Made by a program: the position numbers and the translations under genes
Shown: positions 1 through 11,419 of the stretch, piece by piece
Numbering within the stretch: position 1 is the stretch's first letter
Layout of the letters: each line of letters begins with the position of its first letter
NCBI GenBank assembly: GCA_964019425.1
Contig: OZ025786.1
Coordinates: forward strand, 1,488,001 to 1,552,000
Length of the DNA: 64,000 bases
Source of the DNA: Flectonema sp. DT1601
Lineage: Eukaryota
Direction of reading: 5' to 3'
Notes under the pieces: generated by a model
Databases searched by the model: none
What the model saw: only the letters and a program-made list of their open reading frames with translations
What the model was told of the DNA's origin: nothing

Positions 1-209
1 CTGTGCACCTTTTTTCTTTCCTTTTTATATAATTGCGAGAACGTTTCCAAGCAATTACAGTTTGTTTATAATTAAATCAAAAGCATCTTTCCTTTTACTT
101 GATATCACAAATCACAAATTACAATTTTTTTTTTTTTAGTCGATTTTCGACTCTCTCCCATCCCCCCTTTTTTTTATTTTTTTATTTTTTTTTATTATGA
201 ACATGAAAC

Positions 210-349
210 TTAAAGTAACTACATTCCAGTCCTGCAAACTGGAATGACTCAGTCTCAACATTTGACTGACTTACTTCTACACCATACTGATGAGAGAGAA
301 TAGAGGTAAGAGGTATATGGATTACTCTCGAAACCTATAGTTACTTTAA
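210..349 (+). ncRNA. Putative hammerhead ribozyme with non-canonical (kissing-loop/pseudoknotted) topology, inside a multi-branched structured RNA
   Basis: Core CTGATGA 287-293, GAAA 330-333, GTA 313-315. Stem I CCATA 282-286/TATGG 316-320; stem II GAGAG 294-298/CTCTC 325-329; stem III AGGT 311-314/ACCT 333-336. Extra helices: 270-279/301-310, 222-230/238-246, 250-254/264-268, and outer 12-bp stem 210-221/338-349. Confidence 0.65.
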
Positions 350-582
350 TATGCTAAGTTGCGCATCACCCTTAGTCACTGTATTTAAAACTAATGTTAA
401 ATTATCTTTATGTTTTTATGATACAACACAGTTGTAATTTTTACAAAATCGAACATACAACCCCCCATTTATCCAAGTCCCCCCCTTTTTTTTTTTTTTT
501 TTTTTTTTGGCGTTATTCATCGTTATGTTGTTTTATAATACAATGCATTTGTATTTTACGTACAAAACCGAACAGTTAACAC

Positions 583-618
<36 letters not shown>

Positions 619-1279
619 GTTATTGTGTTAAATCCTCTGCGTTCATATGCATGAGTGTTTACCGATACCGAATATTACCCTTAGTCAGCTGTATCATAAC
701 TAATAGTTTGTTTAGATAACTCTGGTACAATACAGATATTTATTTCTTCACATAAATATATTCCAACATTTTGAAAAAAAAAAAAACTCTCCCCTCCTCT
801 TTTTTTTTTTTCTTTCTTTTCTTCTCTTCTCGATATTAAATGTAGTACCCAAAACCTTTATATCTATTTTGATGCTGTAAAATTGTTTTGTTTTCTTTTA
901 CAAAATGTCAAAAAATATCACACCTTCTTGACTGTCAGGTGCTGTTGATAATTTTTTACAGTATTCAATTTTGTTTCCAAGATATGTAATTCTCGGAGGA
1001 GAATTGTCAATCGAAGTCTTGCGAGCAATGTAGACATAAAGTATAACTCAGGGGTTTTGATTTTACTGTTCAACCTTTGGTGTTTTTTGACATACTTTTC
1101 GCTGTGTGTCAAATCTATAGGCTTATTTTTGTTACTGGGAGTGAGCAGTGTAATCTGTGTTTGATGAACGTGAGGGTTCATGGATGTGTGTCTTCGTGTG
1201 TGTGGAGCTGCTTTCCTACCTTTTTTTTTTTTTTTTTTGAATAGTTACCTTTTGGGCAATTTTCTTGTTCCAGTTAGTA

Positions 1280-1747
1280 GAAAAATCGAAAAAAAAAAAA
1301 ACAAACAAACAAACAAATCAAAAACGTTTCAAGGTGCAGGCAATTCATCAAATACAAAAAAATTACTAACAGTTCTTGCGTTGTTATCTCTATATCTCTC
1401 TATATCTCTCTTTTTTTTTTCTCTCTTTCCCGTTGATGTTTTCTAGTCTTTGTTTAAGTCCTCGTATTTGCTTTACTTTGGTTTCTTTTTGTATTTTCAA
1501 TTCCCTCTTTTTCTTCATCCTATGTGTTTCTACTGCTATTGTTGTTAGTTGCCTAGGCGTGCTTTCCCTTATTTTTTTTTTTTTTTGAATTTCTTTATCC
1601 ACATTTTCCAAGTCATTTATTTTTTTTTGACGCAGGCAATGTCCCTTTACTCTATAAGTAGTGAAATACTTCAACCTCGAAATTTTTTTTTATTTATTTT
1701 TACGTTTAATTGTTCTTTTATTGTGCTGGAGACTAGTTCTCTATTTG
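1280..1747 (+). repeat. Dispersed repeat B, copy 1
   Basis: Shares ordered blocks ATTCATCAA..AAAAAATTACT, TTTCCCGTTGA, CCTAGGC, TTTTGACGCAGGCAAT and TTTTATTGTGCTGGAGACTAGTTCTCTATTT with 5550-5857. Confidence 0.8.
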
Positions 1748-1894
1748 CAGCAAATCAATTCGTGTAGAAGGCATCACAGAAGAAATGCTTTAAGCGTATG
1801 TAATACGAAAAAAAAAAAAAAAAAAATTGAATAAGTTACTCTTTACCCGAAATATAGTTGGATATCAGTTTTTCTGACTTTTTTAGGAAACTAA

Positions 1895-1919
1895 TTTCTG
1901 TACTTTCTGTACTTTATTG
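1895..1919 (+). other. Spliced-leader-like relic (TTTCTGTAC + TTTCTGTACTTTATTG)
   Basis: 1904-1919 equals the 3' 16 nt of the kinetoplastid/diplonemid SL exon as recalled. It is not followed by GT, so it is not an SL RNA gene. Confidence 0.5.
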
Positions 1920-2708
1920 ATTTCCTACCGTTCACCTGGTTAGAGTCGATTTTGTGCGGGTTTTTCTGACAGGCATAAAACTATAATGAGCAGTTGTAAG
2001 GAACTGCTTTTTTGGGTGTGATGCGGCTAGTGTAGAGAAAGGGATAGCAGGGACGAGAAGAGAAGGAGGTATTGACCCTCGCTTTGGAGCAGCTTGACGG
2101 AGGTTTGCGGTATCCTCCCGTCATGGAAACGATAGATGAAATCATATGCAAACCACTGAACAGGGTGCCGGTATTACTGGCGGAAGGCCATCAAAATGTA
2201 TTGTTGTTGGGAATTGGAGATTTCGGAAACTATTTTGGTGGGATAAGAAAGTTTTCCCTTCTCTTTTTTATCTATTCTGATTGTACGAACCTGATAGTTT
2301 TTGTAAGTTATCTGATGTTATACTCTATGGGCAGCTGTAACTCATTCGTTAAACTACCATTTACACTTTGGAAGGTTTCTGTTTTAATTAGCATTTTTTC
2401 AGTTTTTTTAATTAAAATTATTTGAAGGAAGTTGATTCCTGCATTCTGTTTCGGTGTTTGTTAAGCTTCCGAACACGTACGAAGACCACTGAACGAAGTG
2501 AGACGATTTTTTTTTTTTTTTTTTTTTTTTTGATTTTCTGGGGTCAACCCAAAAAAGTACCCTAAATTTTTTTACAAGTCCGCAGGATCTAATTAGCACT
2601 TTAAGCAAAAGTTTGTCTGGGAAATAGACGTTTGCCCCTTTTTATTAATAATAATGTTGTATTCTTCATAACTTTATTCTTATCTCTCCATTCAGTTCAA
2701 CTATTGTA

Positions 2709-5171
2709 ATGATTTCAATAAAATGGTCGAGTAACTTTCTGGTATTCGGATGTATTTTAATATCCGCCAGCATCTGTTCGATACTTTCGATAACATCATC
2801 AGACGATGCGATTTCAAAGACGGAGACGAATCGAGACTCGTCAGTTGATCAATGTTTTAGTTTTAGTAGTAAAGTAATAACAAATAGAACTTCTGAATAT
2901 CTAAACTTATTATCAGCTGGTGTTGTGAATTCCATCGCTACACAATTTGAAACACATAGATCAGTAACACAATTGGTATTATCTGAGATGCTTGCTGGTG
3001 ATGATCAACAAAGAGGTAGTTGGGATTTCATGTGGAATAAAAGATCAATGTTTGTTAACTTGTATAATTCTTTTTATGACAATGGAGTTGCAGCTCTCGG
3101 TGTTGTTAATAAAAATGGAGCTCTGTTGTTCATTCTTGAAGATGTTTTTACCGTTCGTTCACCGTTTCGACACACCGTTCTCAACGCAAACAATGGTTCA
3201 GAATATGATGTGCCAGGCATTCCTACTAGACGTAGAATCGGTTGGGGAACGGTTACAAATTTTACCGGAAATTTTGCGAATCCAGAACCACAATACTATC
3301 CAAACTGCAAAGAGTGGAAAGATTATCCGTGGATTGACATGAGACCTTGCTATGGTAATCCAGGAAACGTTCAAGCTGCTGTTGTTGTTGAATTGCTTGG
3401 TAAGATAGTACCTCCCGGTATCGACAACTTGACATTCACACCACCCATTCCAATTGGACCATATGTTGGTATTATATGCTATGGTACTTACTACAATTCA
3501 AAGGGTGAATATATGGGAGTCAGTTATGCAGCCTTAGACACTCGTATCATGGATCGTTTTCTTCAAAGTCTTAATATCCCTGGTATGGGAAGAATATTCA
3601 CCGTCGTAAAGGAAGGGAATTGGTTGAGGCTTCCTGTTGACTTGCATCTGACAGGAGTGTCAAAAGGTGCTTCTGGTAGAGGAAATTCAACACACGCTCA
3701 AACGGTAGCAGCCATTGATGCCGATGATGATATCATTAGAAACACAGCATTGTACATTGAATCTACTTATCCAAACAAGTACAGTAATATTAGTGATAAA
3801 GGTGTTTTTGAAATATCTATTCCGGTTGGTGTAGGAGGAGGAAATGAAACTTTCTATGTTCTGGTTAACACTTTCGACAACAACAGACAAATCCGGTGGT
3901 ACGTTGTGACCGTCTTGGATAGAGAATACATTCTCGGTGAAGTTGACAAGGTGACCGGCGAGACGAAGGTCGGTATTTCCGCCTCATCGAAGACCATTTC
4001 AGACGATCTGAAAACATCGAGAATGGCGTTGATCTTGACCATTGGAGGGACAGCTATTGTGTTACTTATTGGGGGATACTTGGCAATCACAACTGTCACA
4101 AAACCAATAGACATTTTAAAAAACGAAATGGCCAGCGTTGCTGTCATGAGACTTGAAGACGTTAATGAGAACAGAGACTTGTCGATGCTTTCTGAAGTTT
4201 CTCAAATGCAGCAGTCGTTTATTCAAATGATACAAAACTTACGAGAATACAGAAATTACATCCCACAATCAGTGTTGGTGTCCTCATCTGATGATGAGGC
4301 AAACGACGGAGATTTTGACGTCAAGAAATCGATCACTTCTAACAGCTCTGAGGACTCAGCAACAAGAACTTCACGCTCTCGTACTGCAACATCACACGGT
4401 CTCACTTTCACTAATGCTAAGGATATGATGATCAAACACAGACGGATTTCAATCGCAATCACAAACGCAATCGCGTTCTGTGCAGAACCTGGTGGTCTAC
4501 AATACCACAAAGAGTACATCGCTCAGTCACTAAAACAGTGCACTCAACATGGAGGTATACCTGATAGTTTTAACGGAGATCGTTTTATAATGATGTTCAA
4601 TGGTCCGAAAACCTGTACTGGTCATCCAGTCCAAGCTGCCGGAACATGTCTTTCAATTATCGGTAGTGCTCATTACAAGATTTCTGCATCGGTGTCGTCA
4701 GGAACTGCCAAATGTGGTAACATGGGTTGTGATGGTCTCAAGAAGTACAGTGTTATTGGAAGTGTGTACGCTGTTGCTATGACGTTAGAGAGGATTAACA
4801 GAGTTTTGGGTACTAAGTTGTTATGCTGTCCGACTGCAGAGAGAGATGTCAACAGGTCGTTTTATACACGTCTTGAAGACCAACTTTGGTACCCAAAATA
4901 TAAAGGAGATAAAGCAATGTGCATCTATTCGATTGTGTCTGAAAAACATGTCGCGCATGAAGAGTGGATGTATCAGTTGCAGACGAGTGAAGAATCGAAT
5001 CCGACCAAAGCTCACAATGAAATAATGCAATTCTATTGTACGAAGGAATATGAATTAGCGTTGTCATCAATTGGTGATAACACATCACTCGCTCAACTAA
5101 AAGAAAAAATATTAAAAGCGATTGAAACAGGAGTTAACTGTATCAATGCTATTGGAACAGAGTTTGTTTAA
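2709..5171 (+). CDS. Receptor-type class III adenylate/guanylate cyclase-like protein (TM, extracellular sensor, TM, HAMP, degenerate cyclase domain)
   Basis: 820-aa ORF with two hydrophobic helices, HAMP-like TKPIDILKNEM...SEVSQMQQSF, and cyclase motifs GGIPDSFNGD, GNMG, YSVIG. Confidence 0.85.
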   Translation: MISIKWSSNFLVFGCILISASICSILSITSSDDAISKTETNRDSSVDQCFSFSSKVITNRTSEYLNLLSAGVVNSIATQFETHRSVTQLVLSEMLAGDDQQRGSWDFMWNKRSMFVNLYNSFYDNGVAALGVVNKNGALLFILEDVFTVRSPFRHTVLNANNGSEYDVPGIPTRRRIGWGTVTNFTGNFANPEPQYYPNCKEWKDYPWIDMRPCYGNPGNVQAAVVVELLGKIVPPGIDNLTFTPPIPIGPYVGIICYGTYYNSKGEYMGVSYAALDTRIMDRFLQSLNIPGMGRIFTVVKEGNWLRLPVDLHLTGVSKGASGRGNSTHAQTVAAIDADDDIIRNTALYIESTYPNKYSNISDKGVFEISIPVGVGGGNETFYVLVNTFDNNRQIRWYVVTVLDREYILGEVDKVTGETKVGISASSKTISDDLKTSRMALILTIGGTAIVLLIGGYLAITTVTKPIDILKNEMASVAVMRLEDVNENRDLSMLSEVSQMQQSFIQMIQNLREYRNYIPQSVLVSSSDDEANDGDFDVKKSITSNSSEDSATRTSRSRTATSHGLTFTNAKDMMIKHRRISIAITNAIAFCAEPGGLQYHKEYIAQSLKQCTQHGGIPDSFNGDRFIMMFNGPKTCTGHPVQAAGTCLSIIGSAHYKISASVSSGTAKCGNMGCDGLKKYSVIGSVYAVAMTLERINRVLGTKLLCCPTAERDVNRSFYTRLEDQLWYPKYKGDKAMCIYSIVSEKHVAHEEWMYQLQTSEESNPTKAHNEIMQFYCTKEYELALSSIGDNTSLAQLKEKILKAIETGVNCINAIGTEFV

Positions 5172-5549
5172 ACAACCCTGCTAGTCAAAGACTCTGTTCT
5201 ATAAACAAGGCCAAAATGACGTAAAAAAAAAAAGAAGACTTATCTGAAATGACCAAAGCCTTCAGTTGCAATTTTTTTTGCTTTCCTATTTAAGAAGTAT
5301 CTGTGTAGACAATTCGACTGACAGGACACGTAGATAGCAGTGGTTCGACCCCCTTTTTTAATAAATTAGATAACCGAAAACAAAAAAAAAATATGAAAAT
5401 CTATTATCAAACTTTTCTTAGTTTTCTATTCTAAAATGAGACTTAATCTTCTTGTCATAACCTTGTTGCTTATATTCTGTGTCGTGTGGAGATGCTTTTC
5501 TGATCAAATAGTTAGTTGAGCAGTTGTTTGTTGTTGATCCTATTTGTTG

Positions 5550-5857
5550 AAAAATCAAAAACCAAACAAACCAAAACACGTGACACTCTGCAAGCGATTC
5601 ATCAATATAAAAAATTACTGACAATTTTTCTTCCTCTCTGTTTCCCGTTGACCCTAGGCACTGTGAAGTGCTTCGTCCCCCCTTTTGTTTTTAAAAAAGT
5701 TCTTTATTCACATTTTTTGTCACCGTTTATTTTTTTTTTTTGACGCAGGCAATATCCTTATTATTTTACTCTTTTAAGTAGTAAATGCATCGAAATTCAA
5801 TGTTATTTTTTTTTTTTACGTTTATTTTATTGTGCTGGAGACTAGTTCTCTATTTAG
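5550..5857 (+). repeat. Dispersed repeat B, copy 2
   Basis: Same blocks and orientation as 1280-1747. Confidence 0.8.
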
Positions 5858-5918
5858 TTATCTTGTGGATAGTTTACTCACGTCAGTATTTTGTTTTATT
5901 TGTAAAAAACTGCCGCCT

Positions 5919-5950
<32 letters not shown>

Positions 5951-6925
5951 CGTTTGTTTGTTTAGAATAGTTATTTCAGTGAAACGGAAATCTTGTCTCG
6001 TCAAAAAATGTTTCTTTTGGTGATGTGTTCGTTGCGGTTACATCACCTGTGCGACCTCACAGACTATTTTAATCTAATAAGCAAGATGATATATTAATCC
6101 ATATTACCCGGGTCTGGTGTCATTAATATGGTGACTCTGTTGTTCTCATTTTTTTTTAAAGGAAAGGAAATCTTGTCTAATCGATTTTCTGACGAGTTCT
6201 TTGTGGCAGCATCAAAATGATGTGAACATGAAGCCTCACGTAGTTCGTTGATATTTCAGTATTTTGTAAAGTAGTTTAGCCTTTACCCCCGCAATATGGA
6301 TACGTTGGTCGTCAGCCTGTTTTTTCAACTAACGTTCCTGACAGCTGTACTAATTCTCGTCTAATCGAGAAATTCAGTTCACAGTTGAATTTTATTATGT
6401 TTCTGCGAATTATTCACTCCCTTCCCCTTCTCTCCCCTTTTTTTTTTCTGTTCTAAATTAAAAAATCTCTAATCAAACGGGGCATAGTTTAAAAAAAAAA
6501 ACTAGGTTGAGAAAAAAAGAATTATCTGTTTTTTTTTAGTGACTGTATTATGAATAGCGTTCTGTTTTTAAAACTGCTATCTAATGCTTTTTGTTTTGTA
6601 TCGATTTTTACGATCTCTGCTACCTACCAATAATGATGTAGATTTCATTGTCTCTTTGATGTTGTTATTTCTATTTATGTAACTTTTAGTGAGAGCTGAC
6701 AGTCAAAGATACAATCGGGATCTGCTTTAGTTCACTGTAAGCGATACACATAATGCTATGTAATGGATTTATGTATCTACTACGATGTGTTTTTTAGAAC
6801 CTTTTTTTTAATTATTTTTTTTATATTTTGATTTGGTGAGATGACCCTTTCGAAAACGAAAAGTTTGTCTCTTTCTTTCTGTTGCAAGGAGGGTTAGGTT
6901 TTTTATGTTTTTTTAAAAACCTACT

Positions 6926-6960
<35 letters not shown>

Positions 6961-9900
6961 TGCAATCAAAGCAACACAAAAAAAAAAAAAAAAAGAGATA
7001 AAAGTCAATTCTCCCTTCTTCTTGTTCGTTGTGTCAACAGTTAATCTCCAGACGGAATTAGGCAAAGAGCGAGACGCTAATCGGAAATCTGAGTCGTGAA
7101 ATAGTTTCGTAGTTACCCAAACAGAGTCTTATGTTTCTTGTTGGGTACGAGCAAAGAAAACGGTGATCGCGTCAAGGGAAAGAATGGACGATATTTTTTC
7201 CTCAAGCAATGAAGTAGAAAACATAAAGTTTCTTTTTTTTTTTTTTTTTTTTTTTTCCTCTCTTTTCTCTTTCCACAAAATGCAGCCTTTTAGCCCTTTT
7301 TTTTTTCTTCTTTCTTTTCTTTCTCAAAGCAATGCATTGCAATCGGACGAGGTGGAAAGCATGCTGTGTTACTGTTCCGTAACTCAATTGAGTTCTACAC
7401 TTCCCACGGTCTCATAGTTTAGTGTCAGCTCCGTCATGTGTAATGAAATGGATAATATTATTCTTTTTTTTTTTTTTAAACTTTTTTTTTTTTTTGTTTT
7501 GGTCGTCTGAAGCAGTCTTGTTAAGAGATTCACTCAGCGACTCTTTTATAATAATAAAGGCTAATCATGGGTTTTCTACGTTGGATTTATACCCCCTCGA
7601 GGTGTAATTTCTTTTTTTTTTTTTCTTTCTTATCGTTAGTTCGATATAATAAAGAGAATCGTAATACAGATAAGGACCTTGGCAGCGCCAAATGGTGTTT
7701 GTGGATGATTTTCATTTTCTTTCTATTACAAACATAAACATTTATTAGTATAAGAACAGTCTTCTCTTTGTGTGGTTATCTCTTGTCGTATGTGTGGTTC
7801 AATTAAAAATTTATTTTATTTATTTTTTTTAAAGCAGCTGTTTTTTTTTTTTTTTTTTTTTTTTGGACACACACAAACCAACTGGGGTATTTTATCTGTA
7901 GGGAAATACAGAAAACCATCGAAAAGAGACGAGTTTTTTTTTTTTTTTTTTGTTTTTTGTCCCCTCCTTTCCATTGCTCGTGCGACAATGATTTCAAAAT
8001 ACTTATACTAACATTATTTTAGTTTACGTACGGGTATATTATGTTATCTTTGCTTTTTTTTTTTTTTTTTTTAGCTACCATTCTAAACATGAAGCTTAAT
8101 TTTTCTGTCATTTTCTTCAGTTTTTAACCTTATTTACTTATTTTTAATGTTATAAAGTGGATTACTGTCAAAACGATTACCCCCCTCTCTTTTCCATTGC
8201 TTTGAATATTAGCCTTTACTTTTTCATTTGGGCACATATTCTGTTCAGCAGTTTCGTGTTAAAATTTTTTATTTATTTTATTATTTTTCTCCTCTCTTCT
8301 TGTTGTTTGTTCTGTGTGTTTTATTGCTGTGGGTTCTTGTTGGTACTTGTGTATTCCAGAGAGTATGTTCCTTTTGCTTTTCCTTTTGCTAATCCCCTCT
8401 CGTTGGGAGACATTCGGGCAAAAAGAAAAAAAGAAGAAAAAAAAGAGGGATTCTTTGAATATTCTTGTATTTATGTTGTAATCATGTAGCAACAGCATAA
8501 AATAAATACAACGATCTCAATGTTTTCCAAAAACAGCAGACATTACTGATTATTATTTTTTTTTTGTTTTTTTTAATGTGTCGCTGCGAAGGACGACTAC
8601 TCGAAAAAAAAGACTGCAACAATGCGCTGTTTTTAAACTATTTAGGAGTCGTTATTTGTTATACACGCCTACGGATTGACTTCTCTGTTGCTGTGAGTTA
8701 CCTTCTAAGAATGCTCATAATAATTGTTGTTAAATGGTTAGTTAAGATAGACAAAGTGGAAAGCTGAAGTTTGTTTCTCGTTAATTGAGTCTTCTGTTGC
8801 TGTGAACTTCCTTCTGAGAGTATTATACAAGCCAGCAACGTTTGGATTAATTTTTTTCGTTTGAAAGTGTTTTTTTTTTGTTGATTTGATTCAAAACCAA
8901 CACAACGGGGGGGGGACACTCATTTCGTAATTTTCACGTGATATCGAGCAAAGGGAAAATAACGGAATTGGAAAGCCAACCAAAGTAAACGCATCAAAAA
9001 AATATATATCACTTTTTTTACAGATTACACCGTAGTAGTTCCTTTCCCCTTTTGTGGTGGCCTTATACTGGTGTTATATCTACTGAAAAACTTAGCTCTT
9101 TTCAAGCTTACGAAAAGAGGTTATATAGCCTCACGACTGTATCTATTGGTGAGCAGAAATCACGTTGAATATCTGCCAACCAAAAAGTTTGCAAATCAGA
9201 GGCACAAGGGAACTTTTGAGAATAATTTTTTTTTTTTCTCAGTCAAAAATATCTGTGTTATGACCTTTTTTTTTTTTTTCCGTTCTTTTATTGTTTTAAA
9301 AAATTCACATGGGATAATTATAGTTCCAAAAGACAATGAGGAAAACCACAGATTCAAAAAAAAAAAAAAAAAAAAAAAAAATTGTCAAAGGAAAGCATAC
9401 GTATGGGAAAACTTAAACATAAATAACTCAAAAAAGTTAATGCTTCAGATTCGTTACTTTACTTTAGCCTCTGGTGCAACTTGTTCCCTAAGGGAGCAGG
9501 ACAAGAGGGAGGGAAAAAAAAAAAAAAAAAAAAAAAATCATTGCCTGTTTGCCTGTCACATGATATTCTTGCGCATTTTTTTTTTCTCGATTTGTATTTT
9601 TTTTTCTTCGTTCTGTTTTTTTTTATTAATGTCCCAATTTACTACCTGGAGCAAGGTTCCCAACCTTCGTTGGGAAGCTATGCCTACTATACGAGAGTGA
9701 GAAATGAAAAATTAAGGATAAGAGAATATCCTCTCCACCTAACCCACTTTTTGAATGTTTGATTATAAGTGAATCCTTTATCACACGTATTAATATCTTA
9801 TAAGGAATTATGCATACAATACTATTAATATTATCTTAAACTTTGCAGTTGGTAGGCAGTTCGAATCTGTAAATTCCTCCTCGATCACTCCTCAAGAAGT

Positions 9901-10592
9901 GATACGACGTATCTTCGCTTTCGGTGTTTTTTCAGATAGCTTGTTAACGAATTAGTTTTTTTTGTTTTTGTTTTTGTTTTATAAAAATAATTATTCTATC
10001 CTTGTTGGAAACTTCACTTCAAGTCAATAACAGCTTGGTCAGATATGTTGATCCAACTGTTGATTGAGAATACAAATGGGTTTGCGCATGGGAATGAAGA
10101 ATTATAAAAGTGAGGCTCTCGACCTCCACTTATTACTCGAATCCCCATATTCCATATCAACATCGGATTTAGTTTTAGTTTTTTTTTTTTTTGTAGCTGC
10201 TTTGCATTTAATTGTGGTATCAAGCAACTCTTCTTGGGTTTTTTTTATGAATTCAGGTTGAAATAGACAAATTTTTTTTTGATAAAAATCTGATTTTATC
10301 AAAAAAAAAAAAAAACCATCCAGATTAACCTTATATTTCGTTGAACGCAGCGTCGGTTTCTACGTCGGTACAAAAAAAAAAAAAAAAATTGGGAATGAAG
10401 TCCCTTAGAGCTTACTGATGAAAATTTTTATTTTACTCTTTTCTTGGCTTCTTAGGGGAAAATTTTATGCTTTTTGAGGTGAAAATCAGAAAAGCGCGGT
10501 ATATCACTCCTGGCTGAGCGTGAAGTTTTTTCACCGCAAACATTTTTTCACGCCTGGGCATGTGACTTATTTTTCTGCTTGCTTTTGCGGTG

Positions 10593-10822
10593 AAAATTGA
10601 TGAATTCGATTTATTAATAAACTAGAATGAAGTCCCTCAGAACTTACTGATGAAGTCCTAAGAGGGACAAGTAGTATGAGATTAAGGCTCCTGAAAACTA
10701 CGTATTCCACAAGTGTTTTATGGAACAGCAGAAGTAATTGTGTTTTTATTTTATTTTTTTTGCTTTTTTTTTTTTTTTTAAATGTATTAATTTAATGCAC
10801 TTTTATAATAAATTTCTAACTA
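10593..10822 (+). repeat. Dispersed repeat A carrying the hammerhead-like motif
   Basis: Aligns with 62854-63033 and, in its 3' part, with 37319-37415. A 5' fragment is duplicated at 10391-10423. Confidence 0.85.
10621..10725 (+). ncRNA. Second kissing-loop hammerhead-like motif (partly degenerate)
   Basis: Hairpin GTCCCTC 10632-38/GAGGGAC 10662-68 has CTTA-CTGATGA in its loop. Hairpin GTAGT 10671-75/ACTAC 10697-701 carries GTA, TGAG, the ATTA linker, AGG and GAAA. Confidence 0.55.
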
Positions 10823-11419
10823 CAGGGCCAACCACTATTTGTTTGTTGTCCTGCGAATTTTAGCATCAGATTTTTCTGATTGACTGATGACTACTGATAC
10901 TAACTAGGGCCTGACACCGCAGTGTCTCCCTTACTCTCTTCACTGAAGAGAGCTGGGTAAGGAGAATGGTCCAAAGAAAACTTCTTTAATTTGCATTTAA
11001 TTTTTCTTTTTTAATTGACTACTAACTAGAGTCTAATTTAGTTTTGTTTCGCCAGTGCACTTCTAGTGATGTGTTGGTATCTGGATTGTTAGCCGAGTTG
11101 ATTGCAGGAACAACGACGATCCTAATTCTCTTTTTTCCCCTACTCGATGTATTTTCTCTTGTTATTTACTATTGTTGTTGTCTTTCATTCTAAATCAATA
11201 AAACGGTACGTCAAAGAGGGGGAGGGAGAAGTATTGTAATTGTGATGTTTGTTGCATCACCACTTTTGCATTACCACCTCATCATCTTTTGTGTTGTACC
11301 TTGTTTTTAATAAATGTTTAGCTTCATTGTATTCAAGAAGAAAAAAACTCGAATAAAGTTTAGTGCAAGTTAATGATTAAGTTTCTTTAATACATAATTC
11401 CCACAGTAAGAATAAAACA

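Noticed and set aside
1904..2020. SL RNA gene
   Set aside because: Only the 3' 16 nt match; no GT donor and no tandem array.
6188..6235. CTGACGA followed by a GTTC/GAAC stem
   Set aside because: No GAAA or stems I/III in register.
9071..9700. 209-aa ORF and many short poly-F/poly-K ORFs across the window
   Set aside because: Translations of T/A homopolymers with no domain signal.
9845..9872. tRNA-like A and B boxes
   Set aside because: Boxes too close together; no cloverleaf.
10505..10650. U3 snoRNA-like GAGCGTGAAG and TGATGA boxes
   Set aside because: No box A/A' 5' domain, and the TGATGA reads TGATAA in the homologous repeat copy.
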